Source of the DNA: Phaeosaccion multiseriatum
Taxonomy: Eukaryota; Protista; Ochrophyta, other classes
Length of the DNA stretch: 64,000 bases
NCBI GenBank assembly: GCA_965112735.1
Contig: OZ218950.1
Coordinates: 868,001-932,000 of the forward strand
Direction of reading: 5' to 3'
Part shown: piece by piece, positions 1 to 18,455 of the stretch
How the letters are laid out: each line of letters begins with the position of its first letter
Numbering within the stretch: the first letter of the stretch is position 1
Program-made: the position numbers and the translations under genes
The notes under the pieces: model-generated
Database searches by the model: none
What the model saw: the letters and a program-made list of their open reading frames with translations, nothing else
What the model was told of the DNA's origin: nothing

Positions 1-1547
1 GCATGCATGCAGGGGCCAGGGGAGGAGTCCGTCTCACCTCGTCAAAGGCTGCGTGCTTGAACACCGTCATGAGTGTCCCCCGCGGCACAGGGACGCCCCT
101 CTGCAGCAGACCCAGCGCTCGCTTCACCCGATGCAGAGGCAGGAAGAAGCTCGAGGCGGCCTGCTCGTGTCCGCCACAGTTGAGAGCGACAGCAGCCCCG
201 TCGATGCTGAGGATGGGGCTTCCACTGCTGCCTCCGCTGCTGCCGCTGGCCGCTGCGATATAGAAGGTGTTGAAGTCGTTGTAGGAGAATGCGCCGTAGT
301 CTGGGGCGTCTCTGTCCACTCGTGCCAAGATCCCGGGGAGGATGCTTCGTTTCGAGTTGGTGCCCGTCGTGAGGAATTAGAATGTATGCCCAGATTGGAA
401 ATGAGAGCACCAGAAGCAGCAAAAGCAGCAGCAGCAGCAGCATTTGTGATATACAGGGGGGGGGGGGGCGGAAGGAGGGCAGAGTGAGCTGCCGTGGCGA
501 TCGGTCGTGCTCAAAAGACGCTGACAATCGGCCCCCGACAAGCCTCGCAAAATTGAGTACGTGTGATTACGTGTGTGTGTGTATACCTGAGCTTCTCCCC
601 ATTGTCGTTGCCCACGAGGCGGATGTCCAAGCCCACCTTGGCCCCCTCGGGATCAAGCTCAATCTCCTCCACTGCCATGAACCGCACCGCCTTTGCAGGC
701 ATATGGGGGAAGGGTGGCAGTGGATGGGGAGGGAGGGAAAGGGGAGGGGGGGGTGGGAGATATGAGGATTGGTCGGCAAAGGCGAGACAACATGCGAATG
801 TTCAGCGTACACAGCACCAAGACTTGCTGTAGCGTTTGTGCTGGATGTGCTACTGCTGCTGCCTCTCCTCTCTGCTCCGCTGGCCTACCTTGGGGTCGAA
901 CTGATAGAAACCGAAGTCGTGCACGGGGTCTCTGTAAATGGCCTTAAGGTCCACCTCCTCCTTGTTCTTGAAGATCGCATCCGCCACGACAGGCCCTGGC
1001 GGCGGGAAGATGGGGAGGAAGGACGGTAGGCCGATGGAGGAAGAATGTGGGAGGATGGGGGAGAGGTTACAAACACATTTCCAAAAAAACTACCGCCAGA
1101 GCAGGGGACAGAGAGAGAGAGAGAGTCGGGAGGCAGGAGGAGAAGGGAGAGGGAGATGGATGGAGAGGACGGTTCCAAGGGCTGGAAGGGGGCGGAGGGG
1201 GGGAGGGACTTGAATATCATACCTGGAGTAACGACATGCCTATTCGTCAGCACAATGCCCCTCTCCTTGTCCACGATGAAGCCCGTGGCATAGCTGTACG
1301 ACGAGCCAAGGCCGTCGAACCCCCTCGCAGAGCACACGCGAATGACCAAAATGGAGGGGATTGTCTTCTCGAGACATTGGCGCCACCTCCTCGCGATGGT
1401 GCCTTCCCCCACCCCCTCCATAGCGCTGCTGCTGATGCCCACGACCTCCGCTGGCGGCACAGCGGCTGCGGCAGGAAGGGGTGCCGCTTTTTGTATTGAG
1501 GGGGGCTTGGCTACGCTCCCTCCCTCTTGCTGTTGTTCGTCCCCCAT
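1..1547 (-). CDS. Nma111/DEG7-type HtrA-family serine protease, 5' part (spliced; continues off the left edge)
   Basis: Spliced exons give [25 protein letters not shown] / [34 protein letters not shown] / [24 protein letters not shown] / [23 protein letters not shown]. The catalytic H-D-S motifs of the Nma111/DEG7 family are all present. ATG at 1547. Confidence 0.93.
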
Positions 1548-1843
1548 GACTACCTTCGCCTTTAAATCCTGTTAATAACTGTTAACACGTTCGTTTTCAA
1601 AGTGCGTCCTCGCTCCTTTGAAACCCTTCCCTCCCTTGTCGTAAGAAAGGGCTTGGGAATGCACAAGGCCCCTTGGTGCCGCTTGTTGCTGCGCAGACGC
1701 AGCGGCGTGGAAGGAACAGAGCAAAAGTAAAGGGGGGAGAGGGGAGAAGGAAGCAAGGAAGGGATGATGGAGAGGTCGGGAGTGGCATGAGCGGGGACTT
1801 TATTGACTTCAAAAAAAAAGAATCTAAGAAACTGAAAGTGTGA

Positions 1844-1845
<2 letters not shown>

Positions 1846-1929
<84 letters not shown>

Positions 1930-2317
1930 GTGTCGCTGTGTCTCCGGGGCCCTCAAGGGGCCGGTTACTCCCCCTCTAGGGCGGGGAGGGGGAGTGCGGG
2001 ACCGGCTCCATGAGCGGAAGAAGAAATATGGAAAGTCAGCGTCGCCACATGTGAGCAGGGCCTTACGTAATTCTGGGATGGCTGCTGGTGCTTTCTTTTC
2101 TTTGTTACAATGCTTAATTTTGTTCCTTTGTTGCTGTGTCTCTTCTCTTTGCCTTATGCCCTGTTGGCCTCGTGCTTCTGCTGTCTTCTCAAAAACCTTC
2201 CTTCCCTGATTCCCTGATTCCCTCTGTCTTGAGGGAGGCTAACCTTCCCTCTCCCTTTGTTTACTTACATATATGCATAAAATGTGCTTTCTCGCTCGGT
2301 TGTATGTGTGTGTGTGT

Positions 2318-2404
<87 letters not shown>
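1846..2404. repeat. Two (GT)n microsatellites (1846-1926, ~2303-2404)
   Basis: Direct reading. Confidence 0.95.
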
Positions 2405-2406
<2 letters not shown>

Positions 2407-3006
2407 CGCGTGTGTGTGTGCAGTGCGTTTGGGGCGACCCTGCGCGATAATTGATACAAATAACTTCTCCCTCCCTCCCTCCCCCCCTTCCCCTCCCTCC
2501 CCCCCCTCCCCTCCCTCTCCCGCTGCTGGGCCTTCCAATCGTCTGGTCCTCCTCTCCCCCCCTCCCTCCCTTTGCACCAACAAACACAACCCCCATCTCT
2601 TCCCCTTGTTCTTCTGGGGGGCAAAAATGAAGCCTCTCCCTCACCCTGAGGTTGACTGAGGCTGAGAGACTCCCCCCTTCCGGACATTCTTTCAACCCCG
2701 TGCGCGTTGCCCACCTTGTCCTTATTCGCCCCTAACAGACGCTGCGACAGGCTGATATTGGCTGTGTGAACAACGGAGCCGACGCACAGGACAAGCAAGC
2801 AAACAAAACACACACCGGAAGAGGAGGAAGGGAAACGCCAAGCCACAGCTCACCAGGACTTTCCCCTGTCCCCACGCCGTTCGTCCAGTTCGAGTGGCAA
2901 TTTAAGGGCACCTGCCCGCCCTAAGAAGTGCCACACGAACGAGCGGAGCGGCGCCATCCACAACCATCCACGACCATCCACGACCATCCGTGGGCCCTTG
3001 CCTTGC

Positions 3007-7879
<4,873 letters not shown>

Positions 7880-8549
7880 ACTCGGTGGCTCTGCCTCCCA
7901 TTTCCTCTTCGCTCTTCCGTCCAACCCATTTCGTACTCCGACGTCCTTCCGGAAGCGTTTAACTTCTTTTCCCGCTCTCCTTTGCACTCCGCCTTTCTGC
8001 CCTCCGACGGGCTGTACACCCCCATGACAAGGACGGTGCGCTCCTCCTGGTAGCTTACTGCGGTCTCCCTTGCTTCCCTCCCCGTCTCTCTACTGCTTCC
8101 TTAATTCTCCTGCCATTGAACTTTGCCTGCCTCCACCCCCTTCTTACCGATCCGAGTCCTCTCCCGCCGCCATCCTCGACGCCAACTCAACCTACACAGG
8201 TGGGTGAGTACCTCAGAACGAATACTTCAGCAAGAAGAGTGTCGTTGATTGAGTTAAAAGGGGATTAATACTACCTGACCCCTTTCTTTTTTTCGAACCA
8301 GCCTTCTTCTGACTGTTTGTTTCGCCCACCCCTGGTACTGCAGTTGGTGCTCCGATGGCCACCTGTGAGGGGGGGGGGGGGATGGGCCAACCGTCCAGCC
8401 ATAACCAAACCATCACAAAGGCGCGTGGAATGAGTGCGTTCATTGCTACGGCTCGATGCAGCTTGTCTCTTACCCCTGCTTTGGTTGGATCCGCTGAACA
8501 AAGGCTGTATGGAAAACGAAGCTAAATAATAGGCAAAGCCTGCCGCCCA

Positions 8550-11440
8550 ATGTCACTTCTGGTGCATTGGCTCCATGTTGTGCTACTCCTGCAGCTGGTG
8601 CTTCCCACAGCCTCCACCCCGACCCTTCGGGTAGAGGAGAGAGAGCAGGGGCAGAAGCAGCGGCTGCAGCCTCCGTCGGCTTTCAGAAGACGCGCTTGGG
8701 ACATCAGCACGGTGGTCCCCACACTGGAGCAAGGCCGAGGTGAGTGAGGGTTTGCGCTATACGGCGGCTGTGCTTGGTGATCGCTCCTCGAGGCTCCGAA
8801 ACCCCGCCTGACTTTGAAGTGTCGGAGTTGCATTGCATCACCACAGGACGTTACAACCACTTACGATCTGGATAGATCGACTTTCTACCTTTCAACGATT
8901 CTCTTGTCTGTCTCTCTTGTCTTCCGTCCTTTCTGCCTTGTCTCCTCAGCGGTGGTGGAATTCGACGCCTTGCTCGACTCGCCTGCGTCGGTTGCGGCCT
9001 TCATCTGCACACCTGGGGCCGTGTTCGAGCAAGGCTGCTCCACCCCACAGCAGCAGACCCACTTCGCGGATGCTCTGCGGCAAGTGCTTTGGGAAGATGC
9101 CCTGGACCCTTCTTTGTACGTCGCCCTTGAGGCCCACTTGTTGATGCAGGCGGCGGTGCCTCCGAGTGGAAGCAGCGCTAGCGCTAGTGCACTCCCGCCG
9201 ACGCAGGGAGGAGGAGAGACTGAAAGAGCACAAGCCACATGGGGATACCTCTCCTCTGCTGACCGCGTGTGCGTCGAGCAGGCAGGCATTCGAAGGGCGG
9301 AGGTTCGATCACTCTTCCTAGAGGGATCCTTCCAGCCGGCAGATCCATCATGCCTGCAGCAGATGGGGGGGAGGAGTACGCTGGATGCCGCGGTGGGCAG
9401 GTGTGTCATTTTGAGGGGTTGGGAAGTGTGGCAGGTGTGGCAGCACCGCATTCGCATGGCAGGCAGCGATGGTGGTGGTGGTTCTGAGGATCACTCCCAG
9501 GAGGGCTTGAGGGGGGACTCTAGTGAGGCGGGGGGTGGAGCAGCAGCGGCAGGAGGTGATATTACCGCACTAGTTGGTGATACAGGAGCAACAGCAATCT
9601 CAGCAGCACAGGCGACGGCATGGGCGGACGTAGGCAGAGCGTTCATGGCAGCGGGGGAGATGGAATACGCCAAAGCCGCACTCTTGCGCTCCCTGAGAGA
9701 GGATGGGGAGAAGGAGGGTCATGTGGCGGAGGGAGGGGGGGAGGAGGGGGATACGATGAGGGAGATGGAGGTATGTTACGCCAGAAGGCAGCAGACGGAC
9801 CTCTACCTAGCAGCCATTATGCAGGCCCAAGGAGAACTCCGGCTCGCCACGCGACTCTATTTGAGGGTCATGGCGAGGTCTGACCCTCCTCCTCCGCTTG
9901 GGTCTCCCCCCACCCCACATCAGCCCCCCGAGCCTGCCACCCACCACGAGTACAAGGGCAAGAGCAAGAGCAAGAGCCCCGGTGGGGAAGCTGCCCCATC
10001 CTTACGCTTGGCGACGGCCATTCGAGTCCTCACTATGGTCCCACCTCTCTGTCCGGAGGATGAGGATCTAGTGAGTGCGTTCAGAGAGGACTGGGTGGAG
10101 GGCCTGGATGCGCTCAGAGCGCAGGTGGAGCAGTTGGTGATACAACAACAGCAGCAGCAGGAGGAGGAGGAAGGTGAGAGTGTGGGCACTCGCTCTTCTC
10201 CTCCTCCTCCTCCTCGTTGGGGCCTTGTCCGAGACCCAAACACGGCCATCGGAGTGACACCTTTCCACCTGGCACACCAGGGACAAGACGATCGTCGCCA
10301 GCAGAAGGCCTTGGGCATGTTGTACGCCACGGCGGTGGGCACGCAGGACCTGTGCCACATAGCGCCTCACGTCATGAGGATGGCACCAGACAGCAAGCCC
10401 GGACAAGGGGGGTCAGGGTCAGCGGAATCACGAGGAGGCCAGGGTGAGGGTGTAGGTCAGGCTCCGGACAAGGCGGAGAGGAGGCGACCGAGGCGGCCTG
10501 TGAAAGTGGGCTTTGCTTCTTTGAACATGCGGGATCACTCCATAGGCCGCATGATGGTGCTGCTGGTGGCGGGCCTGGCGGAGAGGAGGGACGAGTTCGA
10601 GGTGCACGTGTTCCAAGCACAAGATGACGACGACCCGAACCACCAACACGAGGAGGAGAAGGAGGAGAGCAAGGGCGAGGAAGAGAAGGAGCGATCGTCT
10701 GCCCCCCCCCCCAATGGCGATGATGCCGTGCAATCGGCCTTGCGTGGGGTGGTGGCGGGGTGGCACGCCCTCCCTCTGGATCTGCAAAGGGCGAGGGCCG
10801 TCATTTCACATCACGAGCTCGACATTCTCGTCTACCCCGACATTGGCATGGAGATCTTCACCTATCTCTTGTCCTTCTCGCGCCTTGCACCCGTTCAGGC
10901 AGTGTGGTGGGGCCACCCTGTGACTCCCGCGGTGGGGTGCGGCAGTCTGGACTACTTCTTGTCGCTGGAGGTGGAGGTGGAAGAGGGGCAGGAGCAGTAC
11001 GAGGAGCAGCTTGTGCGCTTCGACCTCGTTAACACCGCACCTTTCGCCCCGGACGTCAAGAACATTCGTCTCAGTCCTCCTCCTGCTGTATCACCAACTG
11101 CTGCTGATGGCAGTGATGGTGACGATTTCCTTGGTCAGGAGGCAGCTGAGGCTGGGCTGGTGCCGTTGACGCAGCTTCTAGGGCTGGATGGCAACAGCAG
11201 CAGCAGGAGTAGTACGAGCCCCGATACCACCATCCCCATGGACGGGGGAGGCGAAGGCTCTGGACGAGCACCTCACGCCTACCTCATCTTCGGCAGACTG
11301 TTCAAGCTCCATCCCTCCTTCTACCCTATGCTGCTCGCCATTCTGGAGCGGGACCCTGATGCGTACATTGTGCTCATTCACGAGAAGTTGGAGGAGCGCT
11401 GGACACAGGGGGTGTGGGAGAGCTTTCACCTACACGCTCG

Positions 11441-11473
<33 letters not shown>

Positions 11474-13133
11474 TGGTGATACCGCAGCAGCAGCAGCCAG
11501 GGCCGAGGACTGGACTGATCGTTTTCGCTTCATCCACCACTGGAACTACCCCAGCCTGCTGCACCAGGTGTGTAAGCCCTGATCCCTCCTTTGGGGGGTG
11601 GGTCCCCCGGGGCAGGGACTCAGCGTAATCGCTTCTTGTCTTCTTAGCGCCTCCGTTCCCTCCTCCTCCTGCTTACATCTCTTCTTGTCTCAGCGTCTCC
11701 GTCCCCTCCTCCTCCTCCTCCTCCTCCTCCTCCTCCTCCTCCTCCTCCTCCCGCTCCTCCTCCCTCTCCTCCTCCTCCTTCTTCTCCTTCTTCTTCTCCT
11801 CCTCCTCCTCCTCCTCCTCCTCCTCCTCCTCCTCCTCCTCCTCCTCCTCCTCTTCCTCCCTCCTTCTCTTCGTGTCTTCTCAGCGTCTCCGTCCCCTCCT
11901 CCTCCTTCCGTCTCCTGTGTCCCTTATTCCGACCTTTGTAAGCATGATGATGGCCCGTCCCTCCATGTCTTTTTGACGTGGTTGGGCATCATTGGGCACC
12001 CACCCACCCATTCACCCCCGCACCCACCCACGCGCCCACCCACCCACCCACCCACGCACCCACCCACGCACCCACCCACGCACCCACCCACGCGCCCACT
12101 CATCCCCCCACCCACCTACCCCAGGCCACGGCTGTGCTGGACACCCATCCTTACGGGGGGTGCCTCACAGTGCTAGAGGCCCTCTCCGCAGGGGTGCCCG
12201 TGGTGACTCTGCCCAGTGAGGCCGTCAGAGGTGCGTGTGAGCTTCTGTTGTCTGGCTAGCTGGCTGGCTGGCTGGCTGGCTGGCTAGCTGGCTTCAGTTT
12301 CAGTTTCAATTTCAATTTCAATCAAACACAGTGACGTCTTGCCCTGTAGCAAACCTCCGCTCTCTCTCTCCCCCCCTCTTTTCTATCTGTATGTATCTCT
12401 CTCTCTCTCTCTCTCTCTCTTTATCCTGACTCCCGAGGATTTCTCATTCTCCTGCCTCCCTCCTCCGTGTTGATCGTGCTGCTGCTTCTGCATGCCTGAC
12501 CAATGTGCTGCGATTGGTGATACGGGGATCCAACAGGGCGATACGCCCTCGCAATGTACGAGCAGATGGGAGGGGCGGCGCGGGCGGAGCTCGTGGCGGC
12601 AGACGTGGAGGCCTACGTAGGCATCGCCGTGCGTTTGGGCACTGATAGTGCCTTTCGGGCCAAGATGAAAGAGGAGGTAGCGAGAGGGTATCGAGACAGG
12701 CTCCATAGGTGAGGAGGAGCGCCAGTAGACAGGACAGAAGGCTTTGCGGTTAACATTGGTGGGGATGGAGAGTTTGGGGGGGGTAGGGAAGAGAGAAAGA
12801 GAGAGGAAGAGGGTGGGGAGGGAGGAATAAGCGGGGGCATGAAGGAGATTGCATGAGATGGGGAGAACGTGTCAGGAGGTGCGCTTGCTTCCGTGCTCAT
12901 GCGAGGCACTCTCCTGCCCCTGCTTCTTGCTCTCTCTCTCTTCCGCTCTTGTTGTTGCTTGCTCTCTCTCTCTCTCTCACACACACACTCATTCACTCAA
13001 TCACTCACCCACCCACTCACTCACTCCGTGCTCTGTGTCTGTGCGCTTTGCTCCCTGTGCCAGACACCACGACGTGGTGGAGGAGTGGGCAGGCTTCCTC
13101 CGCAGGGCCCTTCGCATGGTAGAGACTACTTGA
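8550..13133 (+). CDS. GT41 (SPINDLY/OGT/HMW1C-like) glycosyltransferase with a TPR-like region and predicted N-terminal signal peptide; 5 exons
   Basis: Motifs VKVGFAS..RDHSIG, DILVYPDIGM, RLAPVQAVWWGHPVT, GRLFKLHP and LDTHPYGG..LEALSAGVPVVTLP. Exons approx. 8550-8739, 8950-11568, 12125-12230, 12537-12708, 13064-13133. N-terminus MSLLVHWLHVVLLLQLVLPTAST. Confidence 0.88.
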
Positions 13134-14101
13134 TTGGTAGATGGGTCGATAGATAGACAGATGGACAAGCGACGAAGCAGTCAAAATCGCAGCCCGACCC
13201 ACGTCCCACCCCCCCCCCCCCCGGGTCACCCGCCGCCCCCCTGGTCCTTGTGAAGTCTGCAACACCATACCAGGGCTCGCGATGGGCAGACAGTCAGTTC
13301 AGACAGACAGACAGACAGACAGACTGACAGACAGACAAGACAGCCGTGTACCTCACCCGAGAGGAAGAGAGGGAGGGTGGGTGGGAGGGAGAGGGGGGGT
13401 GTGCCATGGATGGACGACCGATCGATGGATCGGATGGATCGGACCAATCGGATCGATGATGGGCACAGGAAGGGCAACCTTAGCCCAGACAGCAAAGAGA
13501 AGACGCCAGGGCATCACACCTTTGCACCTTCGATGGCATGTGCAGCTGCTGTAGCTGTACATGTAGGTGCACCTGGAGCCTATAGCTGCTGTAGCTGTAG
13601 GTGTATCTGGAGCCTATTCGGTGGAGGGAGGGAAGGAAAGACCGGCCCAGAGCCCCGACCTTGACAGAGGAGCAAGCACACCCCTGCCATGCATGCAGAT
13701 GGCAACCGAGGGAGGAAAGCGCGCTGCGGTATCACCAGCTGCTGCTGCTGCTGCCTCATTGGGTACATGGCGCCCCACCTTGACACCCTACTCCTCGGCC
13801 ATGAGTCATGGATGGCGAGCGGATTCCAACCGGGGAGGCTTAGTGCGTCATGACATAGAGCGATGGGAGGGAGGGGCGCAACATCTGCGGTGGCAGCAGC
13901 AGAAGCAGCAGCTGCTGCATGAGGAAGAGGACCAAAAGGAGCGAGACGCCAACTCTAAACAAGAGCACCAAATTGCGAAATTGTGTTGTTCGTGCAACTG
14001 ATGAGGAAAGTTTGAGAACAAGGGCTTGAAGGGGTCTTGCCTTCTTCAATTATATACTCTCTCTTGCAGTCTCTGTCTACTTTAGTATCAACCTTCCCTC
14101 G

Positions 14102-16284
14102 TCATATCACGACGGAGCCAAACACCACCCTACAGAGCTCGCCGAGGGTAAAGTCCAGCTGCATCGTCGCCAGCACAAGGAGGGATATCACCACCATGGC
14201 AACGCTGGCCAGAGCGGCGGGAAGCGTCAGCGGCCGGAGAGAGCGCACCAGTTGGGCATTCGGATACAGATGGGTCATGTCTTCGTTGAGCGAGCGGACG
14301 GCGTAGGTGTAGAGCGAGCCGTTACGACTTGAAACGCTCAGAAGCTTGCCCGTGGGGGCCCAGGCTATGGAGTGAAGCTGTGGTGGGGGGGGAGAGCGGG
14401 TGGAGGGGGGAGGGGCGTGAAGGGCGTGGGGTGTGGGTGGGAAGGGTTGAGGAATTTGGGGGGGGGGGGGGATGTTTCGCAAGAGGAAAGGGGCACGATA
14501 CAAGGGAGAGAGAGAGAGAGAGATAGGGAGGTGCGCGGGTAAGAAAGGTCTACAAAATGCGAAGAAGAAGAGGAAGAAGAAAAGTAGAAGACAACGAAGC
14601 TCCCCTTCTCCCCCGTCCCTCCCTCCCTCCCTCACCTCCTTGTCGAGATAGACGGTCTTGACCTCCTGCAAGTTGGGTGTGCGGATGGAGTCTGAGCCGA
14701 ACTTCTTCCACGTCCCCATGTCTATGAGCTTGACGCAGTTCTTATCCCCACACGTCGCCAGCCTGTTAGGTGGAGCGGGTGGGGTGCTTCAGTTTCAGTT
14801 GATTGCGCCCTATCCATCCATCCCGCCCCCCCCCGCTCTGTGCCTTTTGTAGCCTTGCCGTTCCTTGCTGTGCACCAAAACAAGATGACAAACTACATAC
14901 TACCAACTAACTAACAAGTTGCTTACGATGCACCGAAGTAGTCCATCAGGCTCCCAATCAATCCATCAGGTCATTCCCAAGGGGGCCCTGCCGATGGCGG
15001 CACGTACCGCTGGTTGGTGGGAGAATAGGCGAGGGCACGCAACTCGTCGTTGTGGAACTTTGCGCAGTACTGTGGAGGGGTGGGGGCAAAACGGATGGGA
15101 GGGATCGTACACGGCGTCAGGTTTCTATGGAGGCCTACGGACGCCCTAGACCTACGGAGGCCTTTGAAATACAGTGAGAGAGAGTAGCACGCACGCACGC
15201 TCTTACGCGCGCACAAAAACACGTGTATAATACACATACACATGCATACATACATGCATACGTGCATACATACATGCATACATAAATACACACATATATA
15301 CATACATACAAACATACATACATGCATACATACATACATACACACATACATACATATATGCGTACATACATACATACACACATACATACCTACACACATA
15401 CATACATACATACATACATACATACATACATACATACATACATACATACATACACACATACACTGCATACTTACACACTCATACATACATACCTGCTCCC
15501 GCCCGATTTCGTAAAAGTGTGTGGAGATGACGACGACGTGTCCGCTGCTGAAGCCTGCGATGATGTAACCGTCTCCGAACCATGTGTACGTCACGATACC
15601 GCCGTAGCGAGACTTATCGGACGGTGAGTGGGAGGGTGGTTGGGCAGGCAGAAGGGTGTGTGGGTGTAGGTGGGTGTGTGGGTGTATGGGTGGGTGTGTT
15701 GGTGCATGGGTCAGTGGATGTAGGTGGGTGTGTGGGTGGGTGGTAGGGTGGGTAGAGAGCAAAGCAAGGAGGACAAGGGACAATAGAGACGGTGAAGAAG
15801 TGAGCGAGTGGGAGAGGGAAGACAGCAGAGGGTAGAGCACCGAGGGCCGCTAGCGAGCGAGCGAGAGAGATGTATAAATATGTATTGTATTCCAGAGAGA
15901 AAGACAAGCGAAAGAGCAAAGGCGGGGGTGGGGTGGGTCCGAAAGACATGCGCTTCGTGTAGTAAGCTTCGTTTGAAGACGCAAGAGACAGATCGATGCA
16001 CATGAGGGCTTCCCTCAACGCAAGAGACAGGTCTGTCAATGCAAAGGAGGGCTGCCCCTCACTGACTTGCAGTTGCGCTTTTTACGCTTTACCCTTACCT
16101 GAAAGGCCAGCTCGAGGGCGTTGTCTTGGTCGTTGAGGTTGTAGAGGAGTATGGTGCGCCCCTCCATGTTGACGCTCACCACACTCTCCTGCTGCTCGGC
16201 CTTTCCCCCGAAGGCCACCTCCTGCGGCCGGCACTTGACCTTGACTTGGTCCAGCGTCTCGCCGTTCTCACTCGCTATGCTAAT

Positions 16285-16333
<49 letters not shown>

Positions 16334-17481
16334 CGGGACGGGATTGGAAGAGGCAAAGGCAAAGGCAAAAAGGGCAACAGAGAGAGAGAGAAAGAACCGT
16401 ATAACCAACGGGTATAGGTGATGGTGCGAGTAAGCCGTCCGTCCACCCCCTGTCCCCCCCCCCGCCGCGGAGCCCCCGACGGTACTACATCCCTCCTATA
16501 CCTTAAACACCCCCCCACGCACACACACGCATGCACACACACGCACACACACACGCACACACGCACACGCGCCACCCTCACCCACCCACCCACCCACGTA
16601 CCTGTCTATCCTCGCTGGCAAAGGCTAGCTTGTTCTGCTTGTTCCACGCCCCCCCCACAAGGCGTCGCTTGTGCTTGCCCGCCGCCCACACCTTCTCGTG
16701 TGTGCCCCGGTGGTATATACACATGGTGCCCTTGCCTGTGCCAATGGCCAGATACTCTCCCCTCTTGGACCAGGCCAGGACGGTTACGTCCCTCACGCCC
16801 ACGTCAAGCTTACGGAGCATTCGGCTGCGCCGGTACCACAGCAGCACTGTGGAGGTGCTTGCCTGGGGAGGGGAGGGGAGGGAAGGGGTGGGGGAGGGGA
16901 GGGGAGGGGAGGGGAGGGGAGGGGAGGGGAGGGGAGGGGAGGGGAGGGGAGGGGAGGAGGGGGATGTAAGGTAAGGTAGAACCTATAAGACCCCCCTGGA
17001 GCAGAGCCCCTTGGGTCGTTGACCCCCACTCATCCCCACTCATCCCCACTCACCTGTGAGATTGCGAGCACATTCCCGGCGGGGTCCCATTCAAGGGCAG
17101 TCACCAAGTTGGTCCCCGGGGGGGAGATCTGCAGGCACACAGGCCGTCGAGACGGGGTGAGGGCGTGAGTGAGTGAGTGAGTGAGTAAGTGAGTTGAGTT
17201 TTCAAAGAGGAAGGTGGGGGATAGAAGCAGCTGGTGCAAGCAGCACCTTAAGCTTCCGCAGCTGGTGGGTGGAGAAGACGCCTCAGCTGCTGCCACCCAC
17301 CCCTCCTCTACTGCCATCCACTACCATCCACGATCGCCCACCAAGACGCCTTGGCCTCTGCTTTCTTCGACCGCTTTGCCTGCTTCGCCTTGCTCTCACC
17401 TCCTCCTCCTCGTCCTCCTCCTCTTCTTCTTCTTCCTCCTCCTCCTCCTCCTCCTCCTCCTCCTCCTCCTCCTCCTCCTCC

Positions 17482-17513
<32 letters not shown>

Positions 17514-17805
17514 CTCCTCCTCCTCCTCCTCCTCCTCCTCCTCCTCCTCCTCCTCCTCCTCCTCCTCTTCCTCCTCCTCCTCCTCCTCCTCCTCCTCCTC
17601 CTCTTCATCCTCCTCCTCCACCAAGTCCCCCCCCCCTTCTTCTTCCTCTTCTTCTTACCTCCGCGCAGAGGCTTCCCTTGCAGTCGAACACAAACACCGT
17701 TCTCGAGGCGCCTGAAGTGGCAATGAAGTCTCCTTGGGGCTGCCACGAGAAGCGCACTGGCCCCCTCCCATGAAACCGGTGGTCAATCAGAAACAGCTCA
17801 TCCAT
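14102..17805 (-). CDS. Short IFT144/WDR19-like WD40 protein (first beta-propeller only, ~415 aa) with a C-terminal hydrophobic tail; 8 exons
   Basis: Exons give [100 protein letters not shown]..EIGRE, which match the IFT144 N-terminus as I recall it. The last exon ends LPAALASVAMVVISLLVLATM...VVFGSVVI-TGA. Confidence 0.85.
15230..15490. repeat. (TACA)n intronic microsatellite
   Basis: Direct reading. Confidence 0.9.
17397..17620. repeat. (CCT)n intronic microsatellite (similar tracts at 11705-11860, 20010-20280, 51377-51462)
   Basis: Direct reading. Confidence 0.95.
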
Positions 17806-18455
17806 GTGCCTTCACTTCACTCTTCTCCGCGACTTGTGCAGGTCGGTGTGCCCTAAAGCCTGGACTGTCCTCACCCCTCGCCAATTCCACCTTGGCTCAA
17901 CAACCCTCTGCACTCTGCTCTCGAATGAAGCCGTGGCCCTTCCTGTGTTGAGGATGGCCCTCGGCCTGTCTGTGTAGCTCAATCCTGCTGTCGGTATCTC
18001 TTTGTGGTATCCTCTAGTAGGCGCACTTGCACTTGCTCCCGTTCGCCATCGCCATCGCCCGCCCCTTCACCTCTTGCTTGCTCGTCCTCCTCCTCGTCCT
18101 CGTCCTCCCCTTCCTCCTCGTCTGCTCTCTGGCTAGCACTTCGAGCTGCTGAGCTTCACAAAAAGCGCACAGGATGAAAAGTACAGCCGCTGCAGCCAAG
18201 CAGCCGAACTGATAGAAGACTCCTTTCTCCCAACCACGCTCGTTGACTAACGAGTGTTCTTTCAAGGCCTCCCGCTATCGCCAAGGTCCCCACTCCCGAG
18301 TCAAGGGCCTTCGACCTTCGAGAGAGGGGATTACTTTCGGATTGCATAGGCTCGGGCTCTCGGCGCAAGCGGGATCCTGAGCTGTTTTCATTTCTTCGCG
18401 GGGGGGGCTACTACAGTACGCAGCGTCTCGCTTCTTCTCATACTGGTGTGCGAAG

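Noticed and set aside
13500-14050. ORFs between the GT41 and IFT144-like stops as a continuation of IFT144 or a separate gene
   Set aside because: No WD40/TPR-like or other recognisable sequence, and too short. Probably 3' UTRs.
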